The position numbers and the translations under genes are program-made. Below the pieces are notes generated by a model, which saw only the letters and a list, made by a program, of their open reading frames with translations, ran no database searches and was not told where the DNA came from. From positions 23,126,001-23,190,000 of the forward strand of contig NC_043005.1 in the NCBI RefSeq assembly GCF_006345805.1: DNA of 64,000 nucleotides, read 5' to 3'. Below, piece by piece: positions 23,661 to 37,509 of this stretch (positions within the stretch are counted from its first letter, which is position 1; each line of letters opens with the position of its first letter). The stretch comes from Octopus sinensis. Taxonomy: Eukaryota.

Positions 23661-25393
23661 TTTCAGTGTCAGTGAAGGTGAATATATCAGTGATATTATA
23701 TACACTTTTCACAACCTGATTCATGCAGTCACACTGCTTTGTTATAAAAAATACATCTCATCCACACACACACTATAGAACATTGGAAAATCTTTTACTT
23801 TCAGCTTCTCTCCTTTTTTAGAAGACCTGATGCCAAGCATCTCTTCTAGCTATCTGATACTGTTTTGTGATATTCACTGTCTTCCATTTTTCTTTTAATT
23901 GACTTATCTATTAGATTCTATGGTTCTTTCATACCATTCCACTATCATGTCATCTTTCACTTAGATGGAATTATACTCCATCCACAGATCTGATTGTAGT
24001 AGGTTATAGAAACTCCTAGTCAACTATATTATTGCTTTCTCATCATATGTGTCACCTTATACTTCTTTATTCCTATGTATTATCACAGAATTTTTCCTTC
24101 GACATCTTTCTGCAAATTGTTTTATGTCTCTGGGTCCATAAATGAGTAGCTCAAGCCATCTATCTATCTATCCCATTTCCTGGTGACTATGTAGCCTATC
24201 TGACTTGTGCATTTGCCTGAGTGGTAAGTGATCAGGTAACAAGCTGGTTTCTTAAAGTCAGTGTTGCAAATGACTTAGTCAACTGCATCACAGAACTCTG
24301 TGGGCCTTGATCCTTCTTCATTCCATACAGCTTAACTATAGCCTCTAAATACATTAGAATAGCTATTATGGTGTTTGCCCAAAATGTCCATTAAAACTAT
24401 TAGCCAATAATAACAATGTCACTATCATTCATTATCATTATTAAGGTAGTCAAGATTAGGAGCTCATAGAAATGATCCTTTTACTCATTTATCAGTGCAC
24501 AGGCAGAGATCACTGTTGCTGTTGTGTTACACAAGAGTAATTAAAGCTAATTATTCCGTCACATACTTTGACTAATTCAATTCTTTTATCGCTCCATTTC
24601 TCTGCCAACCTTATATGCTCGCTCTATCCACTACAGTACTGATACCTTTCATGACAAATTTGTAACCAACATCAAGCATGTGTGTATGTCTGTTTTGTTC
24701 TAGGAGGGAGGTATCAATCCAATGGTTAGAGCAGCATCCCTACCTGTCAATAGTTAAATATTCTATGTTTAAACTCCAGCTTAGCACACAAGTAGACACG
24801 TATGTATCATGTGCAGACAACTGAAACAGTGGCATGTGTAATTGTGAGTTACATCACTATAAATTCTCAAGTCATGACACAATGAAGGCAGGTATATACT
24901 GTTACTTGACTTGCAAGAAACAACAGCTAAACCAAAGAAAAGGAAGAATGTATTGAACAATAGTAGTTTTGGATGAATAAAAAGGGAGAAGGATGGTCAC
25001 ATCTGAAACATCTTTGATCATATGCCTATGGGATAAAGGCTGATCTGGGGTTAAACAGAAGCTCTAAATGTAATACCAACAAATACCATTAATTGGTACT
25101 ACTTTTTGAGATTTGTTCAATGATTATAAAATATTACGTTCACTTCCTTTAATCAGATCGAAGCCAATATTAGCAGGGACGCAGCATAGTAAAACGAATC
25201 CATCAGGATTTGAATTAAAATGTAAAAGAGAGAAACTTAAAATAACATAAGGTTTTTAACCAAGTTAGTAATACTAGACAATGAATAGAAAGCCCGGTGG
25301 TTTGTAATGTGTACTGCAGGAGTCCTTGATGAAGATGCTCAACTCTCAATGGCTGAATTTATCTTGCTTTAAGTAGCTACTCCAAATAGTATA

Positions 25394-25723
25394 CATCATT
25401 TACATTTGACAGATATTTGTCATCATCTTGTTCGTTGTTAACACATTTCGGTTGATATACCCTCCAGCCTTCATCAGGTGTCTTGGGGAAATTTTGAACC
25501 TGGGCTCTCATTCCTAAAGTATTTTTTGTTGTTGTTGTTGTTATTGTTATTATTGTTATTATTATTATTACTATTATTACTATTATTATTATTATATTAT
25601 TATTATTATTATTCAGATCACTGCCTGGAATCGAACTCGGAATCTTTGGGTTAGTAACAACAAACAAGATGAGGACAAAAATATCTGTCAAATGTAAATA
25701 ATTCCTCATCTCTTAAATAGAGA
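25394..25723 (-). mobile_element. tRNA-headed short retroelement with Penelope-type tail, inverted tail copy and 15-bp TSD
   Basis: TSD ACTCCAAATAGTATA at 25379-25393 and 25724-25738; B box GTTCGATTCC (25636-25627); (AAT/AAC)n spacer; hammerhead-like core; inverted arms 25398-25440 and 25655-25699. Confidence 0.8.
25439..25482 (-). ncRNA. Degenerate minimal type I hammerhead ribozyme motif (probably inactive)
   Basis: GACAC-CTGATGA-A-GGCTG-GAGGGTATAT-CAACC-GAAA-T-GTGTT; stem I and core boxes intact, stem II has one mismatch, stem III (CGT) missing. Confidence 0.6.
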
Positions 25724-27254
25724 ACTCCAAATAGTATAGTTCATAGCTGACAAGAGTGGAAACACTGTTGAATTGATGAAATTTTTGTTGGTTTGTAGCA
25801 CCAAGTTCAATTCTCTCTCACCAAAAAGCTACCTACAGTACACCAACATCCAATCTGGATATATTTCCCACTTACTTAACACTATGGAATTCACAGACAG
25901 ACAATAGCTTCATAAAGCTGTGAAACTGGTGAGACTTAATAGCTAGTTAAATCTAATCACAAAGCTCCAATATGATCAGATTTAGCTGTTTAGTTCAATA
26001 TAAAAATACACATTTCCTAAGCCTCTGGAGGCCATCTTAAAGGCTGGTGGTTATCTGCAGTTGCATAACAAAAAGATGACTGTAATTCCCACTCCATTAC
26101 AGAAAGTAGGTTAGTTCGGGGAAACACTCTCAGTTGATCATACAGCCATTCCCACTGAAGTGAAGCTGAGAGAATATAAAATTAAATTAACTGCTGGCAG
26201 AGGATTTAAGTACAAGCCTTTACAGGTTGCAGCACAATACTATAATTTAAAGACCATTAGTGTTCTGTCAAGTAATCCTCTGCTATCATTTGTACAAACT
26301 TATTTAGTCATGCTTAAATCATTAGTTTTAATATTTCTTTGGGGTTGAAGCTGTCTATAGAGGTCTAGTTATATCAACAGTTTCATGATATTTATTTAAA
26401 ATACAATGTGAGTGGTACACTTAAAATGTCATCAAGTTTAACACCACAAGCTGGTTTTTGGATGCAGTCTGAGGATAACCCAATATATCACTCCACTAAT
26501 GCAGTAACCCATAAGTTGTAGTTACTTATTCCATGCCCTCCTCCTACCAGTTACAGAAACATCACCCCAACCTCATAATGTCATAGATTCTACCTTTTCT
26601 TCATGATAAAAGTATAAAAGTGATTACCACAGTAAAATGGTAATTTTAATTCTAAACAACCATGCCTTATATAAGCAATTAGATGCAGCATGGAATTTTG
26701 TCAGTGAACAGGTTATGGGTTCAAAGCAACGAAAATATTTTGACAAATTCAATTTAAATGTTGAAGTGAATCTAATGGTTTTTGTGTGTTTTTAAATGGC
26801 TTATAAACATCTTCCATGATGCAACTGTTTTTGTTTCAGCACATGATCTCAGATCAAGTCACTTGCTATGCAAGTACATCTCCGTAACATGTCTTTTTTG
26901 TATAATTTTTATTTTGAAAATTCACTCAGTACAAGTGATGGAAAGATAATCATCATCAGAAATCTACGAGCTGCTAAAAGTGTCAGCCAAATATACCTCA
27001 AATTATATCCTACAATCTTAAAAAGGGAGAGAACATATTAGATAATGGAATCCTTAAATAGATTAGATATAATGTAAACTTAAATAGACGAGATATTCAA
27101 ATCTAGAATGCATTTGATCATAGGTGTACTCAATCAGATTGACCTAGGGCAATGATGGTGAGTCTTTTTAGACTGGCACAATGAAATTTTAATTTAATTA
27201 TTGGAGTATCACTTACATGTATACATGTATTTTAGTTTTAGGTAAATATTTATA

Positions 27255-27970
27255 GATTGTTTTTTTTAGAACTTGATATTGCAGGAGATTGTTTTTATTT
27301 CTCAAATTTCATCATTGCTTGCTCCTCCTTGACACCCTCTAACTCTCTGTATCACTCCCCACTTTCATCTATTTACTATACCATGCTACCTGTGTTGAGG
27401 TCATTGAACTTGTCTGACCCTCTCGCGTTTCTGATGCTAACCTTCTCTCTTACTCACTAAATTAGGCCACCTGTGTAATAAGGGTCTTCCCCCACCACCA
27501 GACTGTACCCAATATCCTCAAACATCACCCTTTCTGCAATACCAATCATCCTTCCCTTTTCCCAAGTCACTCATTTTATCCCCACTCTCTCCTCCTCGCC
27601 CTCACCCACACCTTAGTCACCCTATTTCTATCACCATAATCTTGTTCTATTCAGACTCATTTTCTTCTGTTATCCTCGTCTACTGTTCACTTGCTTAATC
27701 ACACTGCCTTCAGTGAACTGACACAGCAAGAACTCTGAGGTCTTGAGGAGCAGAAGGACCCTTACAAATGTTGGAGCACAGTACACCTTGTAAAGTGTTT
27801 GGTGTTAGGAAGGGCATCCAACTGTAAAAACTAAGCCAAAAACAAATGTACAATTGAGATGCAGTCCTCTGACATGTCTAGGAAGGTAGTAATTCTGAAG
27901 AAGAACTCCCTTAGGTCACGATGACCAATCCAATCCATGGCATCATAGAAAATGGATGTAAAATGATGAT
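27255..27970 (+). mobile_element. Pyrimidine-rich body plus RTE-type 3' tail (older family)
   Basis: Ends with GGTGTTAGGAAGGGCATCCA...AAATGATGAT; similar copies at 36330-36991 and 39400-39817 (+); purine-rich reverse copies near 14400-14720, 22590-23000 and 32480-33120. Confidence 0.55.
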
Positions 27971-29550
27971 TGTATGTCAGCATGCTAGCTGAAAACCTGA
28001 AGCGTGTTACTGGAGACACAAGTCACAGATTTGTCATTACCGATGTAGAGTAAAACAACAACAACAGTAATGACATTAAACTTTGACAAGTCATTTGGTG
28101 CTATTGCTTTATTAACAACTGAACAATATACATGTCAATCTACAACACAATCTAAACATCTCAAAATGACCTTTCATAATCACCCACCTCTTACATCTTT
28201 TACAAAGCCAAAAGGCTGTATTGTTTTTTTATGACCTGAAAATATTTCAGTCCTTAATAGTTGCTCAACATTGCACATGTGTACATCGGTCAGTGAACCA
28301 ACTTAAAATATACACAGACAGACACACACACACGCATAATTATACAGAATTATCTTAAGACAGTAAAAATAATAATATATAGCCCACATGCAGACACACA
28401 GCACAAATACATTCCATATTGACACAACATAGATTGGTGCAATGCACACATACACACACACACACTTGTACAATACACACAAAAGCATGGACTGGTACCA
28501 TACACATACAAACACATGTTCCATAGACACACAAACAATAGACAGCATCCCTCTCTCCTTACATACATGAATCAATCAGTCAACTTCCACACAAACACAA
28601 AAATTAAACAAACATGCTGTGAGCATTATGGGGCAGAAGAGATGCATGCTTGTAAGCAACAGAATCTGTGAAAGAGTTTAGCTGCCATTTCATTTATTTG
28701 AGCAGGATAGACAAATGATGATGATGATAAGGAAAGCAAAATCTATTCTCTGTTTCACAACTGAACAATCAGCAATAAGAGCACAGATCAATCAGTTCTG
28801 AGAAAGAGAGAAGGAAGTGGGGAAATCAACCCCAGTATTTGACTGGGACTTTACTGACCTGATAGAGGAAAAACCAAGCTGAACTCAGCAAGATTTGAAT
28901 AGAAAATGTTAAGAAATGGAACAATTCCTGCAAAGCACAACAATGATTCTGCCAATTGGTTGCCTTTGTTAACAGTAAGAAGGGACATTATTAAGGTAGG
29001 AAAAAAGTAAAATCATTCATACAAATAAACCATTTAACCCAAATGGCAGAAGAGTGATTTTACATAAACACAAAGTCAGAAGAGAGGAATATAGTTGATT
29101 TATTTAACCACAGTAAAAGCGCATGGAAAAGGGCCCATGCAGCACCATGTAAATGCACGCACCCAGCAGACTGTGTAAAGTGGTTGGCATTAGAAAGGAC
29201 ATCCAGTCATAGAAACCATGTCAAATCAGACATGTCAAATCTGGTGCAGCCCCTCAGCTTGCCAGCTCTGGTCAAACATTCTAACCCATTCCAGCATGGA
29301 CAACATATTAAATGATGATACTGACAATACTTCACTAGTACTTATCAACCCTGGAAAGGTGAAAGGTAAAGCTGACCTTGTTGGAAATGGATGTCAATCT
29401 GTATGTGGGTACTTTTAAAATACATTCAGATAAAGTGTAAAGAGAAGAAAAAAAAAAGCAAACTAAAACAAACTGCAACATGTGAAGTAAAAAAAAAAAA
29501 AAGAACCTATGCCAACATTTCATCCAAGAGTAGAGAATAGAAATACTTAC

Positions 29551-29635
29551 CCATTGGGAGTCCGACTGACCTTGTCACAGATGTCCATAATAAGACCCCA
29601 GTCTTCAGTTGTACGCATTTCATTGGTGGCTTTTT
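29551..29635 (-). CDS. STAM: STAM coding exon 2 (85 nt), VHS N-terminus (E)[27 protein letters not shown](G)
   Basis: tttcag|AA AAA GCC ... AAT GG|gtaagt; matches the VHS motif EKATSE..EDWGLI.DICD. Confidence 0.96.
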
Positions 29636-30889
29636 CTGAAATACAAAAATGTCAAATCAATAAATTATTTCTTTTTTAAGGTACAACAAAGACATGGAAA
29701 AATTGCTATCAAATTATTTAAAACAAGCACTAAAAAAGTGGGGTGTGTAGACATTATTTTCATCTTGATGTACACCCACCTTTAGCATGTCTTTTTTTTA
29801 TAATCCTTAACGCTTTTGATGCCAATTTGACTGAGACCAGTCTCTGATTTTATGAGACAAAACCATCTACGCTAAAGTGTTCCTATATAAATTAACACCT
29901 TCCATTTTATTTTCATGTAAGAACATTTTTATGTTTTATGTAGTGACCTTAAGGTCACTACCTATGTTCCAGTTAAATATAGCCATTAATGACAAGCCAA
30001 TAATGAGATTTGATTAAAAGGATTTCACATCATGAAGGTCATCCAGCCATAAAACACTACCTTCAGAAGTCCCATCCAACCCATGATAGCATATGAAAAC
30101 AGATGTAAAAATAGTGATGCTGATGATAAGTGTAATTGTACTGTAGCATAGATCTATTGTAGTTGTACAGTGATAAGTACTGGGAAACAACATAATTAAC
30201 AGTAGATAAAATCTGAACTCGTGGCTTTATGAGTAATAGCCGTATATTTTAATCATTTATCCATTGGCATGCACCAATGTGATTATCTGCTTGGTTTCTC
30301 AACCTACTAAAAATAGAAACCAAATCACCCTCACAACACATCTTTCCATTTTCAATAAGAAAATTACACATGGTCCTACATACTCCTAAACAGATGGTAT
30401 AGTCATGACTATCATAGATCATAGATCTGCTCAATCAGAACTTCTAAACAACAGCAACCTCTTGGACATTGAATTGCATAGTACAGTACCTGAACATCAG
30501 GGCAGCTTTTGCAATTATGAAAGGAATTTTAAAATTTAAACATTCATTATTAATGCCAAAAATTAAACATACGAGTGAAACATGGTCCTCAGACTAGGGA
30601 GAGTAATAACTCTAGATAAGAACTGACTCAGAGAGTGAAAGTCTGTATAACCCATGTGAGTAAAAAAAGTGGATGAAGATATTTATTAATTCAACACATA
30701 TTCCTCCTGTTTATTAATGTTTTGTGAGTTTTTAGTAAAAACAAAAACAAAGAACTTTTTTACGTTTATGTATTTGTTTTGCACAATTCCTGATCTGAAA
30801 TTGTGTGTTGAAACAGATTACTATATTTGAAGATGTTTATATTTTTGCCAATTAACCACATGCAGTGATATATTCATTCTTTACTTCAA

Positions 30890-31080
30890 CTTTATTATTA
30901 TTATTTTAGTGTCCTTTGTGTGAAATCTTTCATCACACATCCTGTGACTGCTTTAGTGACTCTCTAAGCTTTGTGTCCCCTCCAGGACAGGAGGAAACAG
31001 GTGCGATGAGGAGTCTCTAAAGAGGTCACAGGCTGTGTGATGAAAGATTTCAGACAGAGAGCACAAAAATAATAATAAAG
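30890..31080. repeat. Palindromic (hairpin) element, ~70-bp arms with a 48-nt spacer
   Basis: 30890-30962 is the reverse complement of 31011-31080, including TGAAATCTTTCATCACACA.CCTGTGAC. Confidence 0.85.
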
Positions 31081-31629
31081 CAGAATTGAAGACCAAGTTC
31101 ATAGTGTGTGTATGTGGTTAATTGGCAAAAACATGACAATTCCCAAATATAACAATAAAAAACGTTTTAATTAAAAATAATTAACCAAGTCTATTTGAAA
31201 GTTAAACAATTAGTAACTTTATAGGCTAAAGACAAAAAACTCTTCTATAAGTCACTAAATTACTAGCAGATAAAAACAAAACCTAAGAGAGGAAAGAAAG
31301 AATAGATGTAAAAGAAAAACTATGTTAATCTAAAAACAAAAATAATAAAATACTTATTTTAAATTAAAAAAAAGTTCAGCCCTATTTTCTCATCCCAAAT
31401 GATTTACTGTAGAGAGTTTAGACTAAGCCTTGGGAGGGAAATGACATCATTACTTGGAATTGAGACTACAACCAAGATGACTAGCAGAATCAGGAATTCT
31501 TTACAAAGTACAAACCAACATTCCAAATTCTTTACTTTTTTTTATATGTTCATCTTTTTCTATCAATGACTTTCTTTAGGAGTCTGTAATATAAAACTCC
31601 TAACTACTGTCTTATCAAGACAGAATGCA

Positions 31630-31745
31630 ATCTTTTCTACTATAGGCACAAAGCCTAAAATTTTTGGGGAAGGGGCAAGTCAGTTACATCAACCCTAGTA
31701 CTCAACTGGTACTTAATTTATTGACCCCGAAAGGATGAAAGGCAT

Positions 31746-31794
<49 letters not shown>

Positions 31795-32208
31795 GCTTCA
31801 AACTTTGGCACAAGTTGACCAATTTTAGTGGGAGGGCAATAGTGAATTACATCAATTCCAATACTTGACTTTGTTGACTCTGAAAGGTCAAAAAGCTGAG
31901 TGGGCCTTAGTGGGATTTGAACACAGAAATGCCATTCAGCACTTTGCCTGGTTCAGCAACAAGTCTGTCAGCTCACTGCCTTCACCAATAATAATAATCC
32001 TTTCTGCTATAGGCACAAGGCCTGAAATTGATGGGGAGGACTAGTCAATTACATCAACCCCAGTGTTTCATTGGAACTTAATCTATTGATCCTGAAAGGG
32101 TCAAAAGAAAAGTCGATCTTGGTGGAACGTGAACTCAGAACGTAGCGAAGGGCAAAATACCACTAAACATTTCATCTAGTGTGCTAATGATTCTGCCAGT
32201 TCGCCGCT

Positions 32209-32254
<46 letters not shown>

Positions 32255-32460
32255 TGGTCAGGTACAAAGCCAGTGATTTTGAGGCAAAGAGGTTAGGTTG
32301 ATAACAATGACCCCTGTACTTGACTGGTACTTTATTTTATTGACCACAGAGGGATGAAAAGTAAAACTGACCCGGGTAGGATTTGCACTGAGAATATTAA
32401 GAGCTGGAATAAATGTGACATAGCATTTTTTTTTTTTGACACTAATTATTCTGCTAACTT
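31630..32460 (-). mobile_element. Chain of four family B SINE copies separated by (AAT)n
   Basis: Repeated ACCCC..GAAAGGATGAAA / GAATTTGAAC cores; (AAT)n at about 31745-31792 and 32210-32251. Confidence 0.75.
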
Positions 32461-34385
32461 AAAAAAAAAAAAAAATCTATCGGACATCAGGTGAATCCTT
32501 TGGGTGGAAAACAGAAAATAGGTTTACCCGTGACTAAGTTAATGGGAGAGAGAAAAAGAAAGTAAAACTGTAGTCAAAAAGCCAACTTTTTAGAGGTGAG
32601 ATACAGACCTAAATGGAAGACAGCAAAGTGATGCTGGATAAAAGAATCTTAGAAAAGATATGATGGTAAGGTGTATCAGGTAGATAGATTGGGGCAAACA
32701 GGAAGGTTTTCAATGGAGAATGAGTAATGTTTGATAAACTGCTATGATTAATAAGAGAGAAAAGTATAGGTTAGAGGGGGGAGGGATGGTAACTAATTAG
32801 GTGTGGCAATATGGTGTCTGAGGAGAGGGTTATCAGTGAATGAGAAATTGGCAATCAGGTAGGTGGTATTCTTATATACAATGGACAGTGTAGTGGTGAA
32901 TTGATAGGTAATTGTTGGCTTCTATCTTTATATAGTAACAACAGTAGTTAAGGTTGGTTAAACAGGAGATTTGGAGTAGGTGGAAGTGGCTAGTAGATTA
33001 ATGGGAGGTGGGGATTAGAGAGATTATTGAGAGGGATGAAAGTGAGAGTAATGAGAGAGAGAATGTGAAAGAGTGTGAGAGAGGTAGATTGAGAGAAACA
33101 ACTTTCTATTGAACAAAGTATGAAACAGATTCAGTTATCAAAATTGCATTGTTCCCATGCTGGAGGACAATTAATTATCAATATTTCATTCTATTTTAAC
33201 TGTAAATAGATAGCAAGACCTAGAAGGAGATTTACCTGGTACATAATAGCGTATCAGGTGGTGGGTCCCTATATATTTCTCATACCCAACCAAAAAAACA
33301 GCCTCTTTCCATTACATTATTTTATGAAAGTTATCAAACATGTAGCTCTTCATCTATTTTCTTGGCCTTTTACCAGAATCTATCTGTTTTTCTTATGAAA
33401 CAAATCATTTCATTTAGTGAAGGGATGATTGATGATATCAATGAACTAGGTTGTCAAATATATCTGATTTTAGATATTGCATCCATTTTTGGCTTCATAT
33501 GCCTGAGTAAAATTTAAATGAATCATAGAGCCAAAAATTGAATCCTAATTGATTAAAAAAACACAACAATAATAATAATTGTGAGAGATACTTCTGAAAG
33601 AAAAAGCTCAGTATAAAATCCATCTTTCTAAAAACTATTATTTAGGTTCATGAATTGTATTTAATTATTAATTTTAATTTTGTCACAAATTAGGAAGTTT
33701 GTTACATCCAAATTATAATTACAAACTATTATCTTAATGTTAGAGAACTTTAGGATCAAAATAAACAATGAAGTCTAATTCATGGAAAATTTTGTCTAAA
33801 TCAAAAGAGAAAGGAAATAGAAAATAATAGATTCATTTCATTTTCATTTTAGTTTTTTTTAAATGGCTGTATGATTAAGAAGTTCACTTCCCAACGTGTG
33901 GTTTCTGGTTCAGTCTCACTGCATGCCACCTTAAATCTGTTGATTCAGCAAGACTGAATATTGTAAATATTGAATCAAATCTTGCAGATTAAAAAAGCCA
34001 GGGAAACTCATTTCATCAGCTGATTAGGCTTCTCATTGCTTTGTATAAAGTATGTTAGCTTGAGATTAACCATCACATTCAATTATACTTTTCAAAAGCA
34101 TATATCTATAAAATTTGTCAATTTTTGTATCGGATATTTTTCTATAATGAAAAAAAAAAAAAAAATGCAATTTTATGTTATGCCATTATCTTTACTGAAA
34201 ACATTTAAATGAGGATTTACGGTCCAAAAAAACCTTGTAGACAAATGGTATTGTAACAGCAGTGGATTAGCAGAACAATCTAACTTAATGGAAATATCAT
34301 TGTCAAAACTTCAAAATTCTTGAGATAATAAGGTCACGGTTGATCAAACACTGGGTTAAACCACATCAATTCGCAAACATTTTAA

Positions 34386-34593
34386 CCCTTTGGTGTTTAA
34401 GCCGGCCATATCCGGCCCAAATATCCTACATGTTTTACATATCCAGCCCCTCACACCTAACCTACATTGACATTCTAAGAATAAACTATCACACCATTGA
34501 AACTTCAAAGCTGTTAGATAATGTATGATTAATTGAAAATAATTTTAGTGAAAAAAGTATTACATTTAACAGATTAATCTGAACACTAAAGGG
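34386..34593. mobile_element. TTAA-flanked MITE (piggyBac-type ends)
   Basis: TTAA|CCCTTT...AAAGGG|TTAA; second copy at 41811-42016. Confidence 0.75.
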
Positions 34594-36329
34594 TTAAACT
34601 TTAAGAATTATCAAAGTTATAGATGAAAACAACAAATAAGGAATTGTCATGAGATTAGTTGAGATCCTATTAATCCTATCTTATTAGGATACTTTGGTAT
34701 TTGAGGGAAGAAATAACAAACAGGGAATTGTCTTAAGACTAGTAGCATCTCTACAAATCAATCACATTGAAAGACCAGTGTCAATTCAAAGCACAAAATG
34801 TCAAACAAAACACTTCAACTATTAATAAAATACATTAGAGTGAATTGTACTCCAGGTCAGCTTTGACTGAGCACAACAATAATCAAATGCATTCCAGTTA
34901 TAATCATCTCATATTTTTAAGGAATAATATATCTAATACTACATTATCTTGGATACACATATCTCCATTCCTTTTTAATACAGTAAAGTGCAATTTGAGG
35001 GAAATGTGGTTGCTCTTTCTAATAGAACAAGAAACTGCATACTGCAGGAGTGGACAAACTTTAGAAGATTGAATTTCAAGTGAATGTATGGAGATGCATC
35101 TGTGATGAGAAAAATAATGACTAATTTTACAAATTAACTGATATGCCTGTGACCATATCAAGCAACATTAATTAAAATATGCTACTTTAATTAATAAGAT
35201 AATGATTTTCTCTAATGAAGGCACATTTAGGGGTTGATCTCACAATCATAAGGTCATGGGTTCAATTCCTGAGCTGGAATTGTCTCCTTGAGCAAGTCAC
35301 TTAATTTCACATTGGTCCAGTCTATTCAGCTGAAATTTAATACCATTTAAGTGCTGGGGAAGTCTCTCTCCCACCAGCTGTCATGTCCTTGGTGCTATAC
35401 TGAGTCAATGTTGGGTGAGATAAGAAGTTGTTTATGTCTGCTTATGATTGACTAAGCATCAAAAACAATTAGCAAAAACATGGCACTTGCTACCAAGTCA
35501 TTCTCTCTTGCAAGTGACAGCTTTGCTATTATTATTATTGTTATTATTATCATTATTAATGCTATTATATTTAAAATAACTTTATGAAGTGCTGAAAGCT
35601 ACTAATATTAAAGTATTGCTTTTATCTTAAGGATTAAACAATCATCTAAGCAATTGGATTTTAAGAAAACTGATTGGTAATAGGCTTCAAATTTGACAGA
35701 AGGTGAAATTTTGACCACTTTGGGGTTTATTTAGGGATTGGTGATTGTTGTTTAGCCCCATGTCAGCCCTGACAGCAGACTTTATGATGAAAGTAATTCC
35801 AACCATGACCACCCAAAGTTTTTCTTTCAAGAATAGTGTGTTTAGGATGACAAGAATTAATAAGACTTTCCTCTTTTTAAGAAGGTAGAGTAATAATTAA
35901 AGGGAGATGTACCTAGTATTTCTAACAGGCAAAGCAAGTGTAGAGACTTTCATATAAAATATATATCCATCTCATTAAGCAAATAAACTGCCCTATTCCT
36001 TCATGCTTGTCTTTTAAGGGCTGACTGGTAGAACCCCCAGGTTTAGTTTTAAGACAACATTAGTTTGTTTTCACTTACAGTTTTGATCATTTTTAACATT
36101 TAAATCAACTTTGACATCATTGTAGTTCTATACTATTTTATGTTCATCCATAGAAACATGTAATGCAACTTTCATAGTTTTATAAATACCAACTTAAGTA
36201 ATTTGGTAAGTCAAGTGTACCTTGGATACAGATTAATTTAGCCACCACCACATACGTTTATTGACTTCTACTTCTAAGCTTTGGTGTGTATTTACATATT
36301 CGCAGTAAATTACTCTCAGTATGTCCTCA

Positions 36330-36991
36330 TCAAGTTCACATCCTACTGTTCCACCATGTCTGATATCATCCACTCTCTCCCTCTTTTATATTCACTCTAT
36401 TATGTTGCAGGTGTCAGAAAAGTAGCACTACTCTGTACTCTATCACCACTCTTTCTTTATAACTTGTCATCTCTCTCCAAGTGAGTCATTTGCTACTGCC
36501 CACCCCTATTACTATCCATCACACTCTCCTCTTCCAATCATTCCATTTCTAGCATCATACTCTTGCTACCTCCTCTCACCTATCCTGATTTCACTAGCAT
36601 AACTCTATCTCCTATCCCTCTTTGTGATCATGGTAAGCGATCACAAAGATTTAGTTTTGTGGGATACAAAACAAACCCATATTGCTGATGCCATGATAAA
36701 ATGCACCCAGTACACCCTGCAAAATGATTGGCGAATGAACTAAAAGCTTAGAATTAAGACAGATCCTTTAGTTTTGACAACCTTTCTAGCACTGGTACTA
36801 TGATAAAATGCACTCAATACACTTTGTGAAGTAGTTGGTGATAGGAAGGGCATCCAGCCATAGAAACAGAACCAAAAATGTTAGCAAAATATGGTCCTCC
36901 AAGTCCAAATAAGAAATCTGAAACTGTGATGACCCATTTAGCCTATACAAGCATGGAAATCACACAGAAAATGATGACGATGATGATGATG
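36330..36991 (+). mobile_element. Pyrimidine-rich body plus RTE-type tail copy
   Basis: AGGAAGGGCATCCAGCCATAGAAAC core and (ATG)n tail. Confidence 0.55.
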
Positions 36992-37509
36992 CATGATTTT
37001 TACAAATGAAGGAAAGTGAACTTAATATGTAAAGCAGAGTATATACAATCCCTTTTACTTCTGTAACAATTTCAGCTAATAAAAGATTACACACACACAC
37101 ACACGCTTTCATCGTTTACGTATCCTAAAGCAGGTGCAATGACGGATTAAACAGAATCTAAGTTGTATGACTGAGAACTGTTATAAGCATTGTTCTAAAT
37201 AACTTTCATTTCATTGTCAACTAACAGCTCCTCGTTATTCTCCACATGGTGACAGTGACTGCAATGAGTCAGATGTTTGTCATGGTGATACGTTGTGTGT
37301 GCACAGTATACATTCCCAAAAGCCTGGTTTAGGATTATGTCTCTTCATCTAACCCTATGCTAAAGCAGCATCACCACCAGCCAGGGGGAGGAAATCCAAA
37401 AGAAGGGGCTATGCAGATAAAGATTTGTGGATGACCTTTGTGGACTGTCAAATGATCCAACCGAGTATAGGACATTTGGTAGTTCATCATCATTAGCTGC
37501 AGCAAACAA

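Larger units (their letters stand above)
157..29635 (-). other. STAM: STAM gene span (13 internal coding exons; first and last exons outside or not found)
   Basis: Hand-spliced exons give one continuous frame (1175 nt) with the VHS, UIM, SH3, GAT/coiled-coil order typical of STAM1/2; all 12 introns are GT-AG and phases match. Confidence 0.97.

Noticed and set aside
25377-25709. 110-aa ORF with N/I/T runs
   Set aside because: Translation of the (AAT)/(AAC)n spacer within the hammerhead-bearing element.
31630-32460. Regularly recurring conserved blocks as a possible CRISPR-like array
   Set aside because: They are SINE copies with microsatellite spacers in a eukaryotic intron; no cas genes or constant spacer length.
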